Position numbers and translations under genes: made by a program. From the NCBI GenBank assembly GCA_038046805.1, contig JBBSVO010000002.1, positions 16,684-80,683 of the forward strand: a DNA stretch of 64,000 nucleotides, given 5' to 3'. Below are positions 38,407 to 46,869 of the stretch, in pieces. The DNA comes from Candidatus Micrarchaeota archaeon. Its GTDB lineage: Archaea; Micrarchaeota; Micrarchaeia; Anstonellales; Bilamarchaeaceae. The notes beneath the pieces were generated by a model. It was not told the DNA's origin. It did no database searches and saw only the letters and a list, made by a program, of their open reading frames with translations. Every line of letters begins with the position of its first letter. The stretch's first letter is position 1.

Positions 38407-38976
38407 ATGCGAGGAGCAGAAGCGATTGTTTCGAATTCACGTTTGCTTGGTCTTCCAGTCGTAATCAAGGATCGGATTCCAAAAACCTATCGCAACAAGA
38501 CGCTGGACGCTAAACTCAGGACCGAAAGGACAAAACGCGAAGCTCGTCTTCTCAATAAGGCAAAGATTGCCGGAGTTCCCTGTCCTATAGTTCTGGAAGT
38601 TTCTGAATTCGGAATAACAATGACAAAAATTCGCGGAAAACGTGCGGATTTAATAAAAAATAAAAATTCCGCCAAAACTGCTGGAAAGTATCTTGCACAG
38701 CTTCATGCATCCAATCTTATTCATGGGGATTATACTCCGGCAAATCTAATCGTCTCGTCTGGTGCATCCCAGAACCTGTTCGTTATTGATTTTGGCCTGG
38801 GATTTTTCTCCGAGGATGTGGAAGACAAGGCAATTGATGTGCTGACAATGCTTAAGGCAATACCAGAATCCGCACAGGCGCAAAAAGCGTTTCTGAAAGG
38901 ATATTCGAAATACAAAAAATATTCCGCTGTCCTGAAGAGAGTTGAGGAAGTGAAGAAAAGGGCGAGGTATGCATAG
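38407..38976 (+). CDS. bud32: KEOPS kinase Bud32
   Basis: GAEA, RIPKTYR..LD..LR..RT..EAR, HGD.T..N, IDFGL, EDKAID, C-terminal RARY. Confidence 0.92.
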   Translation: MRGAEAIVSNSRLLGLPVVIKDRIPKTYRNKTLDAKLRTERTKREARLLNKAKIAGVPCPIVLEVSEFGITMTKIRGKRADLIKNKNSAKTAGKYLAQLHASNLIHGDYTPANLIVSSGASQNLFVIDFGLGFFSEDVEDKAIDVLTMLKAIPESAQAQKAFLKGYSKYKKYSAVLKRVEEVKKRARYA

Positions 38977-38989
38977 TTTGGGTGCGTTC

Positions 38990-39787
38990 ATGGCTATCGA
39001 TCCGCAAATTCAAAAATCCTGGAAGAGCACATGCAAAATCCTGCTAAAGGAAGAGATTGGAAACCTTGAGGATTACGAGGAATGGCTGCTTAATTATGTT
39101 AATCCGGTGAGTTTCAAGAAATCCGCATTATCTGGAAAGGATGTAATCGTTTCATCGGAAAAAGCGTGCAGGGGTGCAAAATATCTCGGGCATGCAGAAG
39201 TTGAGCAGTACCTGAAGGGCATTGGCACTGCAAAGTTTAACATAAACGATCTGAAGGATATCGATTCAGCGGTCGGGGCGCTTCAGGAAAGAGCATATTA
39301 TATCGGAAACGTTGTTCTCGGCAACTCACAAAATGTTGAGATCGCTAACCGTTGCATCAATTCCTCATTCATTTACAAGACGCAGGACGTTTACGACTGT
39401 AAGTTTGTTGCATGCTCTTCTGTCCTCCGGTTTGCGGAATATATTTTTGGTGGCAATGCGATTGGTGAAGCGAGCCGGTACAATATAAAAACGTTTGAAA
39501 CCTACAAGAACGTCCGTTGCATGGAGACAATCCGCAATTATGTTGCGTCTGACTGCTATTTCACCGGAAGTTTGGAAAGCTGCGGCAACTGCATGTTTTC
39601 TTTCAACCAGCGGAACAAGAATTACATGATTGGGAACCACCAATTCTCGCAGGAGGAATACCTGAAGCTGAAGGATAAGCTGATTGAGGATATCAGGGAA
39701 ACGCTCAAGGCAAAGAAAAATCTGCCGTCACTGATAGATATAATAAATGGCAGTAACACCGATTCGGGAGGTATCGTCAATGGATGA
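38990..39787 (+). CDS. Cys-rich repeat protein, stand-alone N-module
   Basis: SWKSTCKILL.EEIG.L...EEWL, INDLKDIDS, CGNCMFSFNQRN..YMIGN. Confidence 0.85.
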   Translation: MAIDPQIQKSWKSTCKILLKEEIGNLEDYEEWLLNYVNPVSFKKSALSGKDVIVSSEKACRGAKYLGHAEVEQYLKGIGTAKFNINDLKDIDSAVGALQERAYYIGNVVLGNSQNVEIANRCINSSFIYKTQDVYDCKFVACSSVLRFAEYIFGGNAIGEASRYNIKTFETYKNVRCMETIRNYVASDCYFTGSLESCGNCMFSFNQRNKNYMIGNHQFSQEEYLKLKDKLIEDIRETLKAKKNLPSLIDIINGSNTDSGGIVNG

Positions 39788-40643
39788 AATCAGATTCATC
39801 GAAGAGCAAGCTCATTCGAAAAATACTCGCGAAGTCGCCACAAAATTTCCAAATGTACAAACCGAATCCGAATCCAGCGACTTCACGATCGAATCTGCAT
39901 TCCAGAGTACTAGTGAAATTCTGCTTGGGAAGCGGCTCACAAATCTACAATCATATCGTGAATGGCTGCTCGAGTATGTAGGAGAATCTGTCCGCACGAA
40001 GTCCGAAATAAGCGGAAAAACAATTTATGTTCCGGATATCATGTTCTTCAGTGCGATAAAAAGGAACATGGTTACGCTTGAAGAGTCGCTTGAGCTTGCA
40101 AAAAAACAGATTTCCGAGTCAGATGCCAGAAGCCTTACTCTTTCAAACGCATCCAAAAAACTGGAGAACGTGAAATTCATAACCTCGGATGTTATGCTTG
40201 GCCAAAATCTCGACCTGCGGGAAACTTCCACGTGCATGAATGCCCAGCACTGCCTTGACGGGTATTGGTACATTTATTCAAAGTGCGATGCCTATTGCGC
40301 ATGGCCAAGGGAAACAGAATATTCATTCGGCAGCTATTTTCTGTTTGCATCCAAGTTCTGCATAAAGTGCCATAATTCCGTTGCCCTTACAAGATGCTTT
40401 GAAGTTAGCGATTCGGCAAATTGCACTGACTGCTATTTCTGCCACAATTGCGAGGCATTAAGCAATTGCATGTTCTGTTTTAATGTGAAAAGCATGCGAT
40501 ACGCGATTGGAAATATTGAAATCGGGCGGGAAAAATTCATGGAAATAAAAACACGTTTACTCGGGCAGGTTGCAGACGAACTGAAAAAAAATAAGCGGTT
40601 GGATTTGAGTATATATAATTTTGGATGTTGGAAAATAAAGTAA
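39780..40643 (+). CDS. Cys-rich repeat protein, stand-alone C-module
   Basis: GGAGGT RBS; AFQSTSEILLG..L, CHNCEALSNCMFCFNVKS.RYAIGN, SIYN. Confidence 0.85.
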   Translation: MDEIRFIEEQAHSKNTREVATKFPNVQTESESSDFTIESAFQSTSEILLGKRLTNLQSYREWLLEYVGESVRTKSEISGKTIYVPDIMFFSAIKRNMVTLEESLELAKKQISESDARSLTLSNASKKLENVKFITSDVMLGQNLDLRETSTCMNAQHCLDGYWYIYSKCDAYCAWPRETEYSFGSYFLFASKFCIKCHNSVALTRCFEVSDSANCTDCYFCHNCEALSNCMFCFNVKSMRYAIGNIEIGREKFMEIKTRLLGQVADELKKNKRLDLSIYNFGCWKIK

Positions 40644-40652
40644 GCGTGCGGT

Positions 40653-40916
40653 CTGAGTAGTTTTGCTTTACCTGAGCGACAGGAAAATTCAGGTGGATGA
40701 CGAAGTTTTGCCTAAAATCTTAGACAAATGCCTGAGGTATTTTCTTAGCTCGATTTCCAGGGCTTCAAACCTTCAATTCGCTCGGGAAACCTTGGGAAAT
40801 AATTTTGTCAGACGTTAATGATGACTGACCAACATTTACGAGTAAATTTAAGAAAAAATCTGCTAGTCCGGCTAAGCAAACTTTAGCTAATCGTTAGATA
40901 GACGAGAACTGCTTAG
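40653..40916 (+). ncRNA. Candidate structured non-coding RNA/element (about 265 nt)
   Basis: 12-bp closing helix 40653-40664/40905-40916 with 3 G-U pairs on + strand; nested stems ttttcttag/ttaagaaaa, atttccaggg/ccttgggaaat, acctga/tcaggt, gtcag/ctgac. Confidence 0.45.
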
Positions 40917-41058
40917 CCTGAACCATAGAAAAATTGAATTGCTACAGAAATGATACATGTGCCTTGAGCAGATAATGGCAATCGTAGGTTGTGAGTGAAG
41001 TTCGTTAGAGTTCAAATCAAGCGTATGATCTTTTATATTTATTTAGGAAAAAAGAATT

Positions 41059-42063
41059 ATGGAGATTTCAAAATTTATTAAAAAACTCCCAAAGGCAGAG
41101 TTACATATTCACATAGAAGGGACACTTGAACCGGAGCTTCTATTTTCTATCGCAAAGAGAAATGGGATACATCCTAAGTATTCAAATGTCCGGGCTCTGA
41201 AGAGGGCATACAACTTTAGAAATTTACAGGATTTCCTTGATATTTACTATGAAGGATGTAGGGTCTTGCGTACAAGTAGGGATTTCTATGAATTGACATT
41301 GGCTTATTTTTCGAAAGCACACACACAAGGACTACGGCATGCAGAGCTTTTTTTTGACCCGCAGACTCACACGTCAAGAGGAATACCATTTCGTGTAGCT
41401 ATTGAAGGAATTCATATGGGTTGCGTAGAAGCACGCAAACGGTTTTCCATATCTTCAAAAATCATCATGTGCTTCTTAAGACATCTATCCGAAAGAGAAG
41501 CGATTGAAACACTAGAAGAATCTTTGCCTTATCGAAAATGGATTGATGCGATTGGACTTGATTCCTCAGAACAAGGAAACCCTCCTTCAAAATTTAGACA
41601 CGTATTTTCTCAAGCACGAAAAGCCGGCTTTCTAACAGTTGCTCATGCTGGGGAAGAGGGACCTGCATCATATGTTAGTGAAGCAATCTCTCTATTGAAA
41701 GTATCAAGAATTGACCATGGGAATCATGCACTTGATAATAAAAAACTTGTTAAGTATTTGGCAAAAAAAAGAATACCTTTAACAGTCTGCCCGCTTTCAA
41801 ACCTCAAATTGTGCGTAGTTAAAGATCTTCGAAAACATCCCCTAAAAACGATGCTACTGGCAAAACTTTTAGTTACCATTAATTCAGATGATCCAGCTTA
41901 TTTTGGGGGATATATTGGAGATAACTATCAGGCCATACAAAAAGCCATTAAACTTACAAATAAAGAATTAGTACAATTGGCAAAAAATTCTATCGAAGCG
42001 TCATTTCTAACACATACAAGGAAAAAATATTTGATGCGGCTTATTGATCAATATGCAGAATAA
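41059..42063 (+). CDS. Adenosine/adenine deaminase (ADA family)
   Basis: PKAELHIHIEG, FFDPQTH, HAGEEG, RIDHG, NSDDPAYFGG. Confidence 0.93.
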   Translation: MEISKFIKKLPKAELHIHIEGTLEPELLFSIAKRNGIHPKYSNVRALKRAYNFRNLQDFLDIYYEGCRVLRTSRDFYELTLAYFSKAHTQGLRHAELFFDPQTHTSRGIPFRVAIEGIHMGCVEARKRFSISSKIIMCFLRHLSEREAIETLEESLPYRKWIDAIGLDSSEQGNPPSKFRHVFSQARKAGFLTVAHAGEEGPASYVSEAISLLKVSRIDHGNHALDNKKLVKYLAKKRIPLTVCPLSNLKLCVVKDLRKHPLKTMLLAKLLVTINSDDPAYFGGYIGDNYQAIQKAIKLTNKELVQLAKNSIEASFLTHTRKKYLMRLIDQYAE

Positions 42064-42085
42064 AAAATATGACATCGGCACACCA

Positions 42086-42360
42086 TTTCCTAAGGATTGA
42101 GAATTTCGAAGAAATTCGAGAGAATTGAAATCAGCAGATTTCAATCAGAAACGCATTGTGTGTCCTGAAACCTCGTAGCTCAGGCAAACGATTCTGAAGA
42201 GCGAAGCATTGAAACTTGGCAAAGCAAGTTTCAAAATTTGAAAAAATTACATTTTTCAAAGCTCTTTGGAAGCTTTTGGCATCAGCCAAATGAGTTCACA
42301 CCAAGCATGCGGTCTGAGTCGGAAGCTTTTGGTAACAGCCAAATAGGACTTCTCCTAGCA
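42086..42360. repeat. Hairpin cluster with internal direct repeat
   Basis: ttgaaatc/gatttcaa, ttgaaacttg/caagtttcaa, tttgaaaaa/tttttcaaa; ggaagcttttgg....agccaaat twice. Confidence 0.65.
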
Positions 42361-42470
42361 TGTTTTGTAGTGGGGAACTAAAATGTGGATATCCACATAA
42401 AGGTAGGCACTACAAAAGGCACTTGATTTGTATCTGGAAGCTGTCGAGTAGCACCCAATTTCGCGTACTT

Positions 42471-42662
42471 TCATTTGTCCGCCCATTCATCCCATACTCT
42501 TTTCGTTTCCGGCTCTCGCTTTCCGCAAGGCGGCTCTACTTTAATTTTTCCGTTGTCGTCAAAGAGTCTTGCATAAACCTGTCCAAGCGTTCGCTCTCCA
42601 TCCCTTTGGCGCGAGGTTGTTTCATTTATTCCGCCTCGCACGCGCGTAGCCTGTAATGCCAT
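42471..42662 (-). CDS. Possible small hypothetical protein
   Basis: MALQATRVRGG...WDEWADK ORF in an otherwise non-coding region; no motif. Confidence 0.35.
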   Translation of the reverse strand: MALQATRVRGGINETTSRQRDGERTLGQVYARLFDDNGKIKVEPPCGKREPETKRVWDEWADK

Positions 42663-42857
42663 TATTCTTCTGCGTGTTTTTTTGTTCATAAAAATTTGTT
42701 GTCCGTAGTTTTGTGTAAACATCTATGATTTTGGGTAAACACCTTACGTAGTGATCTGCGCGAACGAAGTGAAGCGCTTTGTTACCGTGATCAACGATAG
42801 CGAAGCGCAGAAAGGGAGTAATTTCATGCTTCTCAAGACAGCCCGGCAGCGCCCCTG

Positions 42858-42985
42858 ATTCTGACTTATAGTGATCCAAGAAAGTCTTGCGAAACTTTCT
42901 TGTCTCACTACATAGCAAACCACGCCGTCATGGCAAAGCAGCAATAGTATAGAGTCTTGCATTACTTTCGTGGTTTGCTATAAGT
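42858..42985. repeat. Structured non-coding element, family A copy 2
   Basis: gtgatccaagaaagtcttgcgaaactttcttgtctcac + tagcaaaccacg...cgtggtttgcta; compensatory changes relative to 20697-20828. Confidence 0.7.
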
Positions 42986-43091
42986 AAAGCGGGCTTCCCC
43001 GTTTGCCGTGAAAACCAGCTGTGTTGCCTTTTCCTTTTGAGCCAAAACGCAACATGTCCGAGACGCGAAACTCGGAACCGGAAACGCTTTT

Positions 43092-43342
43092 GTCTAAGCC
43101 ACGCTCCGTCGCCATACATCGGCGCTGTAGCGTGTCTGCTCCACCCTGTGAACTTACAAGCACAGAGAAATAAACTTATGGCTGCTCCTTTCGGTCTGAC
43201 CAGATTCGCGTATTCCTCTGCCATATAAGGCAGGGTTTCGACGCTTACGGAAAAGGGCGCAACAGATTCTCGCAACGCCCGGGGCATTCGGTCCGTCTAA
43301 AGGGGATTTACGGTGCCGGGACCCCTAGCCCCGACCTAGCCC
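43092..43342 (-). ncRNA. ffs: Archaeal SRP RNA (7S)
   Basis: 5' GGGCTAGG start, helix 8 TGGTCAGACCGAAAGGAGCAGCCA (43179-43202), 3' GGCTTAGAC pairs with the 5' end, TATA-like TTAATTA upstream. Confidence 0.9.
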
Positions 43343-43603
43343 AGTAAGTATATGTTATAATAAGGTAATTAAGGTTTATGTAATGGGTTTCGGGTCTTCA
43401 GTTCCGCGTTTTGGAAGATAATTATTTATGGTCTCGCATTATGTGTTCCGAGCGCAAGAGTGTTTGCTAGTAAACCTCTATGGTTTTTGGCAAGTGCCCG
43501 TCCTTGTCCTAATATATTTGAAATCCAAAAGGCTTGTGGCACGCAGATTTAAAAAGAAATTGCTCTATATTCCATCATTCGACCAGATATTTCGGGTGAA
43601 ACA

Positions 43604-43981
43604 ATGGGACTTTTTGATAAAATTATGGGAAAAGGGGAAACAAGTTCAGACGTACCTGACCTTGAGGACATGATTGGCTCTGAAGGAGACTTAATAAGTC
43701 CGCCAGCAGACTTTTACGTGAAGAGGGTTGACCTCAGAAACGAAGGAGATGCAGACCTTGTTTTGAAAGAGCTTGGGCAGAAAAATGTTATTATTTTGAA
43801 TGTTCTTCCGCTTTCAAAGCAACCAAACAGGTTGAAATCAATTATCGCAAAGCTGAAGTCACACACTGGAAAGATTGACGGGGATATCGCATTGCTCTCA
43901 TCAGACTCAATTCTTTTGACTCCGAGCCATGTTAAAATTGTCAAATCAAAACCAAAACCCTCTGGAACAAAAATAGAGTAA
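43604..43981 (+). CDS. sepF: Cell division protein SepF
   Basis: Amphipathic MGLFDKIMG N-term, IDGDIA, ILLTP..VKI. Confidence 0.85.
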   Translation: MGLFDKIMGKGETSSDVPDLEDMIGSEGDLISPPADFYVKRVDLRNEGDADLVLKELGQKNVIILNVLPLSKQPNRLKSIIAKLKSHTGKIDGDIALLSSDSILLTPSHVKIVKSKPKPSGTKIE

Positions 43982-44143
43982 CCAACCAGATCGTTTCTTT
44001 CTTTTTATATTTTATTATTTTTCTTTATTTTCATTTGTTGAGCCGCGCGCAGAAGTAAGCGGGGAAAATTTCAGTTCTTTTTTAGGTAGTCCATTTCTAA
44101 AAATGTATTGTGTGGCACAAGGCCAATTACCCATAACTACCGG

Positions 44144-44965
44144 TTAATTATTCTTCCCATTTTCTATTTTCTCCGTCTTTGTCCCTTTTTCCTCTTTCCC
44201 GTTTCCATTGCTCTTCCCATTTTTCTCGTTCTTTCCGTTTATCACTCTTATAAAAATCTCCCCGAAAAGAACGTCCTGTTTTATATCAACTTCTTCTTTT
44301 TGCGTGAGATGAAGCACAGATAAAAGAGAATAAAGAATGTCCTTTGGTGAGCTACTTTCTACTACTCTGGAAAATATTGTCCATCCTTCCGAATCAGTTG
44401 TTGATTTTATTTTGTCAAGCGTTGTTTTCATTGTTTCTTCCAAATCATAACTGTTAAGCTTGAGATCAACGAAATCCTCGATTCCACCACGTTTTTTAAC
44501 AACGCGGTCAGTTTCATCGTATTTTATTATCCGCTCCATTTCGGAAACCAATTCCTCGAGCGTTATCTGCCTTTTTGGAGGGACGCGCGAAGGAAACATC
44601 AGTTGTGGAAGCGGTTCAATTATTCCATCCTCCTCTCCTTCCAGAGGTACAAGCACCTCCTGTTGTGGCAAGTCATACAATTTCACCACGCTACTTTTGT
44701 ATCTCAGAAGAATTGCAGATGCAAGAATTATATTTGCCGGAACGGAAAATTCCATTTTTTCCATTTCTCTTACGCGTTTTACAAAGGCGTCTGCCACGCT
44801 TTTTATATCAACATCCCAGGGGTCAACCCTTTCGGTGGAAATCAACTCAAGAAGAAGCATCTTCCAGGTTGGTTTAGATACCATTGCCTCTAGGTTAACT
44901 GCTGACATGCTCATTGTTTTCTGGTCCATTCTGATCGCCGTTGAACTGTTTATCAACTTACTCAT
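44144..44965 (-). CDS. scpA: Segregation/condensation protein A (kleisin)
   Basis: DPWDVDI, ASAILLRYKS, R.ITLEEL, LHL....V...Q..LFGEI. Confidence 0.9.
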   Translation of the reverse strand: MSKLINSSTAIRMDQKTMSMSAVNLEAMVSKPTWKMLLLELISTERVDPWDVDIKSVADAFVKRVREMEKMEFSVPANIILASAILLRYKSSVVKLYDLPQQEVLVPLEGEEDGIIEPLPQLMFPSRVPPKRQITLEELVSEMERIIKYDETDRVVKKRGGIEDFVDLKLNSYDLEETMKTTLDKIKSTTDSEGWTIFSRVVESSSPKDILYSLLSVLHLTQKEEVDIKQDVLFGEIFIRVINGKNEKNGKSNGNGKEEKGTKTEKIENGKNN

Positions 44966-45005
44966 TTAAATAACTTTTCTACGCCTTTTTACCCAAGGCG
45001 ATATC

Positions 45006-46103
45006 ATGGATCTATGTAAAGCATCTGTTTTGAATTCTTCGGATACTCTCTCAAAGGCAACTGAGGAGTTAGTGCGAAATGGTACGGCTGTAATTATTAT
45101 GAATGAAGGGGTCTACAAGGGCATTGTTGACGACCGCCACCTGAGTTTTGGCACAAATGATGCAGCAAAGGAAAAATGCGGTTCGGTGTGTGTTAAGGCA
45201 CCTTCTCTTAGACAAGCTTCTTCGCTGAATGATAAACTAAATGCCTTTTTGGCAGGTCATTTCAAGGCATTGCCAGTCTTTGATGACTCTGGCAAACTTG
45301 AAGGTCTTTATTCCCGCTCGGATTTTCTAAGAGACCTGTTATCCCAGAGACTCATTCCGGATGCGACTGTTGATTCGATAATGAATTCCCCTGTTTTTAC
45401 TGTGGATTATGAAGATAAAGTTGGTGCTGTCAGAAGACTTATGAAACAACACGATGCAAACAAGCTTTTAGTTCTCAAAAACGGAAAGCCATTTGGCATA
45501 ACTTCTACGTATGATCTTGCCCCCGTTTCCATGAATCCAAAAAAGAGACGTGGTGCATCCACTATTTCAGAAGTAACCAGTGTGGATGACTTGTCAATCT
45601 CTTCGTTTGTACGGGAAGGGGTTCATAGTATCGAACCCGGAAAAACAATTGCCGATGCCATGAAAAAAATGGCCGATGCAAAAATCTCCTCGCTTACAGT
45701 TATGTCTAGTGGAAAAGCCAGCGGTGTTGTTGCTGCAACGGATATATTCAAAATTGTCCAATCCCTGTTGTCTGACAAACAGAATATTCTCATAAGCGGA
45801 TTGGGCGAAGATGATAAATCTGCGTACAGCTACATCTCCGACAGAATCTCAAATATCTTAGGTAAGTTCGCATCTATTCCACAGAGATCTGCAAGTGTTC
45901 ATGTGAAAAAGGGCAAATCTGTTTATTCAGTAAAAGTTCTGCTGAGTGTTGATGGATTGCCAATTTCCGTTTCTATTGAGGGACACGATCTAAGAAGTGC
46001 GGTGGATGCTCTTTCAGATGAGCTTCATGTCGTCCTTCAAAAGAAAAAGGAAAAACATTTGGAAGATCGCTACAAAAAGTATGTAAAGGGTGACATCTAT
46101 TAG
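45006..46103 (+). CDS. Multi-CBS domain protein with C-terminal HPF/RaiA-like extension
   Basis: Four CBS-like repeats (LPVFD..G.L.G, IMNSPVFTV etc.). Confidence 0.8.
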   Translation: MDLCKASVLNSSDTLSKATEELVRNGTAVIIMNEGVYKGIVDDRHLSFGTNDAAKEKCGSVCVKAPSLRQASSLNDKLNAFLAGHFKALPVFDDSGKLEGLYSRSDFLRDLLSQRLIPDATVDSIMNSPVFTVDYEDKVGAVRRLMKQHDANKLLVLKNGKPFGITSTYDLAPVSMNPKKRRGASTISEVTSVDDLSISSFVREGVHSIEPGKTIADAMKKMADAKISSLTVMSSGKASGVVAATDIFKIVQSLLSDKQNILISGLGEDDKSAYSYISDRISNILGKFASIPQRSASVHVKKGKSVYSVKVLLSVDGLPISVSIEGHDLRSAVDALSDELHVVLQKKKEKHLEDRYKKYVKGDIY

Positions 46104-46572
46104 AACGGTCGCGGACATATCTCTCAACGGCCCAGCCAAAGGCCAAACCAAAGGTCAGGTAAGTTCCGAACTCCTTATTGTAGTTTCTATAATTCTTGTT
46201 CTTTTTATTCCGCTAATCGTTGGTTTTTATCTGAAAATATCCGAAGTTAACGAGTCTATATCCGAAGTTCAGGCCCAATTGGTTGCATCCCGTATTGCAA
46301 GCCTGGCGAATTCCATTGGAAATCTCGGTTCTTCATCTGGTGTAATCACTGATATATATCTTCCTTCATCTATCGAAGAATTAAACGTGGCTTCTCTTGG
46401 AAGTGGTAGCGAAGTCGTTATCCATGCAAGAGTTCGTGGTGGTGTAAGCGAGCTTGTCGAAATAATAAAATTTCCTGTCGAAAAGACGCTTACGATTGAA
46501 AATCCAAGAGAGGGTATGGTAAGGCTTGAAATATCTTCGGAAAAAGGAATAATAAAAATAAATAAGGTGTGA
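46090..46572 (+). CDS. Type IV pilin-like protein (class III signal peptide)
   Basis: TKG|QVSSELLI plus hydrophobic helix; similar to 8823-9275. Confidence 0.8.
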   Translation: MTSIRTVADISLNGPAKGQTKGQVSSELLIVVSIILVLFIPLIVGFYLKISEVNESISEVQAQLVASRIASLANSIGNLGSSSGVITDIYLPSSIEELNVASLGSGSEVVIHARVRGGVSELVEIIKFPVEKTLTIENPREGMVRLEISSEKGIIKINKV

Positions 46573-46856
46573 CGCTCCAAGGGCTAAATCTGCTTGAACT
46601 ACGTTCAAGTCTCTCGGGCAAAGCCCTCGATCCCTTGGCTTCCAATATTTGCTTTAGGCGGAAGCCGGAGGAATACTCTTGTCGCCTGCGGGTTCGCTCC
46701 TCCAATTGAACGCCGATGCGTTCAATGGACCACAAAACGAGTTCGTTTTGTCGGTCCTCGGTTTGAAAACCAAGGCTTCCTAACACGGTCTGAGCAGGGT
46801 AATAAAAATTTTATATTGCTGCTCAAACCGTGTTACCGCGAACCCTTGGAGCGTCA
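46570..46856. mobile_element. MITE-like multi-hairpin element
   Basis: Perfect 14-bp terminal inverted repeats tgacgctccaaggg/cccttggagcgtca, GTG on both flanks, about 8 internal hairpins. Confidence 0.65.
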
Positions 46857-46869
46857 GTGAGACGTCTAT

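Noticed and set aside
39747..39787. Frameshifted pseudogene of a fused Cys-rich protein
   Set aside because: Second ORF has its own RBS and ATG, and the break falls at the module linker
40644..41058. Purine riboswitch or group II intron upstream of the deaminase (GTGCG at 40646)
   Set aside because: No purine-riboswitch core consensus seen; no domain V hairpin or RT ORF found downstream
42086..42360. CRISPR array
   Set aside because: Only two degenerate repeat copies, no regular spacers, no cas genes
42928..43287. 119-aa and other ORFs in the ORF track
   Set aside because: Overlap the SRP RNA and repeat elements
46570..46856. RNase P RNA, or the 88-aa ORF 46594-46860
   Set aside because: No GAGGAAAGUCC/P4 consensus on either strand; ORF is explained by hairpin sequence and has no protein motif
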